A DNA stretch of 64,000 nucleotides from an uncultured delta proteobacterium. Lineage in GTDB: Bacteria > Desulfobacterota > Syntrophia > Syntrophales > UBA2185. Shown piece by piece: positions 60,563 to 64,000 of the stretch. The notes beneath the pieces were generated by a model. The model saw nothing but the letters and a program-made list of their open reading frames with translations, was not told where the DNA came from and ran no database searches. The stretch is from NCBI GenBank assembly GCA_963729715.1, contig CAVSPA010000003.1, forward strand, positions 256,001 through 320,000, given 5' to 3'. The position numbers were made by a program, and so were the translations under genes. Numbering within the stretch: position 1 is the first letter of the stretch; each line of letters opens with the position of its first letter.

Positions 60563-60678
60563 GCATGTTTCAACCGGTACTGCCTGAGATAGATCAATGG
60601 AAGTATTAAATGTACCGGCTCTCGTGTCCACCTACCTATACGTAACTCTACGTTATCTATAAAAGATAATGATTATTG
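60563..60678 (+). repeat. Direct repeat, copy 2 (upstream of the kinase gene)
   Basis: Exact core CCACCTACCTATACGTAA (60628-60645). Confidence 0.75.
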
Positions 60679-60696
60679 GTAGAAATGTGCAATAAG

Positions 60697-60727
60697 AAAA
60701 GGCAGAGCCGAGTTGACCCTGCCTTTC
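60697..60727 (-). terminator. Intrinsic terminator for the minus-strand genes
   Basis: AAAAGGCAG...CTGCCTTT hairpin, T-run on the minus strand. Confidence 0.55.
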
Positions 60728-60786
60728 CAGATTTAGCTTACAATCCTCTCACAAAATATGTACTGACTGCATGTCCTCTTCACGGT

Positions 60787-61041
60787 TCATTTCTCATCCA
60801 CAAAAAACCGACCTGTTTCTTTCATGGCTGGGGTGAATATCGAAAGTAATACAGGATGTTCTTTGCCGGGTTTCACATCAACGTTCTCCCCGGTCTTCGG
60901 ATTCCTTCCCGTATAAGGTTTATAATCCCTCACAGAGAAAACCCCCAATCCCCTGAGGTCAATTCTCCCGCCATTTTTTAGAGTGTCGGTAAATCCGTCA
61001 AAGATGAGATTGATGATGTCATCTTTTGTTTGTAATATCAT
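60787..61041 (-). pseudogene. HU/IHF-beta-like remnant
   Basis: GGRIDLRGLGVFSVRDYKPYTGRNPKTGE; lacks the N-terminal helix and has a divergent tail. Confidence 0.65.
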
Positions 61042-61063
61042 GCCGCCTCTAGTCTTTTGCGGG

Positions 61064-61519
61064 TCATCTCCCTGTTTTCGTCGGAAGAGGTTCCCCCGCT
61101 CGGTCCAAGTCCATCGGCCGATAGGATGGATCATCGTATCTGTAGACGTCCTTGACGAACTTCCCGACTTTTCCGAGAGAGGCCGCCACTCCCAGCGTTG
61201 CGAGAATAATGGCAAACAGGACCGCTAGGATGCGGATCGTTATCTTTTTTCTCTTCAGTTGCCGGGTGTATTCAACGAGCCGGATGTTATTTTCATTCAG
61301 CTTTTCCAGATTCTTCTTAAGCATCGAATCGTGCCACTTGATCGTCCGGTATTTGTCATCCAGTTCTGCCGTGAGTGCCTGACATTCGTGGTTCCTGTTT
61401 AAAAGCTCTTCTTCCATCCGCTTGAGCTCGGCATCTGATTTTTCCAAGGCGGCAATTTGCTCGCGCATCTCTCGCAGTTCGCTTATCAGCTGCTCTCTCG
61501 TTTTATCCTCATCTCTCAT
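61064..61519 (-). CDS. Coiled-coil membrane protein with a sensor-type N-terminal leader
   Basis: MRDEDKTREQLISEL..., heptad repeats, one TM near the C-terminus. Confidence 0.7.
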   Translation of the reverse strand: MRDEDKTREQLISELREMREQIAALEKSDAELKRMEEELLNRNHECQALTAELDDKYRTIKWHDSMLKKNLEKLNENNIRLVEYTRQLKRKKITIRILAVLFAIILATLGVAASLGKVGKFVKDVYRYDDPSYRPMDLDRAGEPLPTKTGR

Positions 61520-61647
61520 GCTCTGTGCCTCAATTTCTTCGCTTCGGGTTCCTGTGTCTGCCGGCTATTAAGCATCAAATCTTTATACAACATAAAACCT
61601 AAAAAAGACAAACCAAGGATCATGATGGTGAAAGTGTAGAGTTTCAT
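61516..61647 (-). CDS. Small membrane protein (43 aa), absent from the ORF track
   Basis: RBS GGAGGA; MKLYTFTIMILGLSFLGFMLYKD...; stop overlaps the next start (ATGA). Confidence 0.6.
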   Translation of the reverse strand: MKLYTFTIMILGLSFLGFMLYKDLMLNSRQTQEPEAKKLRHRA

Positions 61648-62047
61648 GATTTCTGTCCTCCATTAGTGGGGATAGAAACTCTATGTTGACTGCGGTTTCC
61701 ATTTGAACTTTGATTATTAGTGTTTTCATCAGAAATCTACAATAGAGATGAGTGATCATAGGTTAACGCTTTCAGTCAATATTGAATGCCGTTTGAAACA
61801 AAGTATGCCTGTGAAAATCGTCAGAGGCTTGACTTCAGGAAGATAGGGAGATGTAATATGAATGGAAAATAAGCCGTTAAATCTTTGCGCCTTTCATCCC
61901 GTTTTCAATGAGCTGCTCCGGCAATGCGGCCAGCACATTTGTATTTGCTATACCTAAGTGTGCCACGAAGGTGCATGGAAGGTGAGGGAAGGCCCCTCGG
62001 GGCCGGCTTACCGGCAAACTCCTGGACGCTCATAATTTTCCTACCTA

Positions 62048-62797
62048 TTATCTTTTCACCTTCGCCTGTACCGCCGCTGCCTCAATCGCCTCCTTTACCT
62101 TTTCAGGATCGCCGAGATAGTAATGTCGTATCGGTTTCAGGGCATCGTCGAACTCATAGACAAGGGGCATGCCTGTGGGAATATTCACTCCTGGAATGAC
62201 GTCATCGGGGATGTCGTCCAAGTGTTTGACTAGGGCGCGGAGGCTGTTCCCATGGGCGCTTACGAGAACCCTCTTCCCTGACCTGACCGCAGGCACGATA
62301 AGATTATGCCAGCAGGGCAGAAAACGCTCTACGGTATCTTTCAGGCATTCCGTTAAGGGTAGCTGCACCTTCGTGAGTCCTTTGTATCGAGGGTCGTGGC
62401 CTGGATAACGTGGATCGCTTTCTTCCAGCGCCGGGGGCCGGACATCATAACTTCGCCGCCAGAGTCTCACCTGATCTTCCCCATATTCCTCCGCCGTCTG
62501 AGCCTTATTGAGTCCCTGCAGCGCCCCGTAGTGGCGTTCGTTCAACCTCCAGTCGTGATGGCTGGGGAGCCACATAATGTCCATCTTATCAATAACGAGC
62601 CAGAGAGTCCGGATGGCGCGTTTCAAAACGGACGTGAAGGCAATATCAAATGCAAACCCCTGTTCTTTAAGGATACGACCGGCCTCTTTTGCTTCCTCGA
62701 AACCCTTTTCCGAGAGATCCACATCGGTCCATCCGGTAAAGAGGTTTTCTTTATTCCAGGTGCTTTCGCCATGACGGAGCAGTACGATCTTTTTCAT
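62048..62797 (-). CDS. gpmA: 2,3-bisphosphoglycerate-dependent phosphoglycerate mutase
   Basis: [31 protein letters not shown]. Confidence 0.96.
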   Translation of the reverse strand: MKKIVLLRHGESTWNKENLFTGWTDVDLSEKGFEEAKEAGRILKEQGFAFDIAFTSVLKRAIRTLWLVIDKMDIMWLPSHHDWRLNERHYGALQGLNKAQTAEEYGEDQVRLWRRSYDVRPPALEESDPRYPGHDPRYKGLTKVQLPLTECLKDTVERFLPCWHNLIVPAVRSGKRVLVSAHGNSLRALVKHLDDIPDDVIPGVNIPTGMPLVYEFDDALKPIRHYYLGDPEKVKEAIEAAAVQAKVKR

Positions 62798-64000
62798 TTC
62801 GCATCTTCCTTTGTTTCACCTCTAAGCTCAATGATCTCCATGCGGTTGTTTGCCTCCGAGTGTCTCGATGATGGTCCTTCTGTCAGTATCACGAGATCTC
62901 CCTTCACCTCGTGGGTCAGCAACCAATCCCTTACATAAGCATTCCAGCCTTCAGGATGCTCGGGCTCGTACACCGGATAGACTCCACTGGTGAACAGGAG
63001 TCGCTGACAGGAATCCTCCCGGGAACTTACCCCAACAATCCACACGGGGAGCTTGAACCGGGCTATGGACCGCGCCGTTGTGCCGCTGTGGGTCGGAACA
63101 AATACGGCTGCGGGGGTGATGCGCTCCAAAGCCGCTTCGACGCTCAAGGCGATCAGATCCGTGACACTGACCGGGCCAGTACGTTCATGAGTTGTGAGAG
63201 CCTCTTTGAGACCGTGGCGGGAACGGTATGGCTCTGTTGCTGCGGCAATCTTCGCCAGCATGGTTACGGCATCCACGGGATATTTGCCCATGGCTGACTC
63301 TTCGGAAAGCATGACGCAGTCCGTGCCGTCAAGCACCGCATTGGCCACATCGGTAGCCTCCGCTCGAGTGGGACGTCGGTTATCCGTCATAGACTCCAAC
63401 ATCTGCGTGGCCGTGATGACTGGTTTTCTCGCTCTGTTTGCACTGTGAATGAGGCGCTTCTGAACAATGGCAATCTGCTCAATGGGTATTTCCACACCGA
63501 GGTCTCCTCGTGCGATCATGATGGCGTCCGCTGCTTCGATGATATCGTCCATGTGTTCCAATGCTCTTGAGCGTTCAATTTTCGCAATTATGAAGGGGTT
63601 GTATCCCAACTCAGCCGCGTACTCCCGTACAGCAACAACATCCGCAGCACTTTCCACAAAGGACTGACTGATCGCATCCACTCCCTGTTCAAGAGCAAAT
63701 GAAAGGCATTCGCGGTCGTAATCGGTGAAGGCGCTAATCCCGAGGTCGATGCCGGGCAGGTTGAGTCCCTTGTGGGAGCGCAATTCTCCACCTACAAGGA
63801 CCCGGCAGATGACCTCATTAGCCTCCACTTTTACTGCTTCAAGCTGTATAAGGCCGTCATTCAGAAACAGGGTATCACCGGGATTAACCGATTCCGGGAG
63901 ACGGTCAAAGCTAACCGACGCCCGTGTGGCATCTCCAACAATGTCCTGGGTCGTAAGGGTAAAAGAAGCCCTAGGCTGCAAATTAACCGGTTCATTTGCC
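62794..64000 (-). CDS. pyk: Pyruvate kinase, N-terminus outside the window
   Basis: [42 protein letters not shown]. Confidence 0.95.
   Translation of the reverse strand, partial: ANEPVNLQPRASFTLTTQDIVGDATRASVSFDRLPESVNPGDTLFLNDGLIQLEAVKVEANEVICRVLVGGELRSHKGLNLPGIDLGISAFTDYDRECLSFALEQGVDAISQSFVESAADVVAVREYAAELGYNPFIIAKIERSRALEHMDDIIEAADAIMIARGDLGVEIPIEQIAIVQKRLIHSANRARKPVITATQMLESMTDNRRPTRAEATDVANAVLDGTDCVMLSEESAMGKYPVDAVTMLAKIAAATEPYRSRHGLKEALTTHERTGPVSVTDLIALSVEAALERITPAAVFVPTHSGTTARSIARFKLPVWIVGVSSREDSCQRLLFTSGVYPVYEPEHPEGWNAYVRDWLLTHEVKGDLVILTEGPSSRHSEANNRMEIIELRGETKEDAK

Noticed and set aside
56563..60645. The repeated 18-mer as a CRISPR repeat or integron attC
   Set aside because: Only two copies 4 kb apart, no spacers or cas genes, and no RYYYAAC/GTTRRRY palindrome

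Overview
Bacterial chromosomal window that looks like an anaerobic deltaproteobacterium (Desulfobacterota/Syntrophales-like; taxonomy inferred from gene content only). Left to right: pxpBC 5-oxoprolinase subunits, a LIV-type ABC transporter, a four-subunit 2-oxoacid:ferredoxin oxidoreductase, a DASS transporter with an internally deleted gamma-glutamyltransferase scar, and then the standout feature: a 2.14-kb stack of three nested ORF-less group II introns (10960-13100). In each intron the EBS1 loop matches the bases just upstream of its own 5' end, and the two inner introns sit in conserved ribozyme motifs (DIII CAUAGU and the DV 3' strand) of their host introns. Further on: ogt, a MoxR/VWA pair, an IS1182 inserted into a REP-like palindrome, a second LIV operon, an Mla/MCE-type ABC operon, a TetR-TolC-HlyD-ABC efflux operon, an Smr protein, a degenerate nuclease/HNH pseudogene pair, a GDPD, a TorF-like outer-membrane protein, pncB, and the cluster moaC-Fis-GlmU-like-giant GlmS-like-pyrG. 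The right end holds comM truncated at its GGHN motif (probable island boundary), a DUF3015/DUF4105 pair, a multi-PAS hybrid kinase flanked by an unexplained ~115-bp direct repeat, gpmA and a partial pyk. No tRNA, rRNA or CRISPR array was seen. All calls come from reading motifs by eye; no database searches were run.
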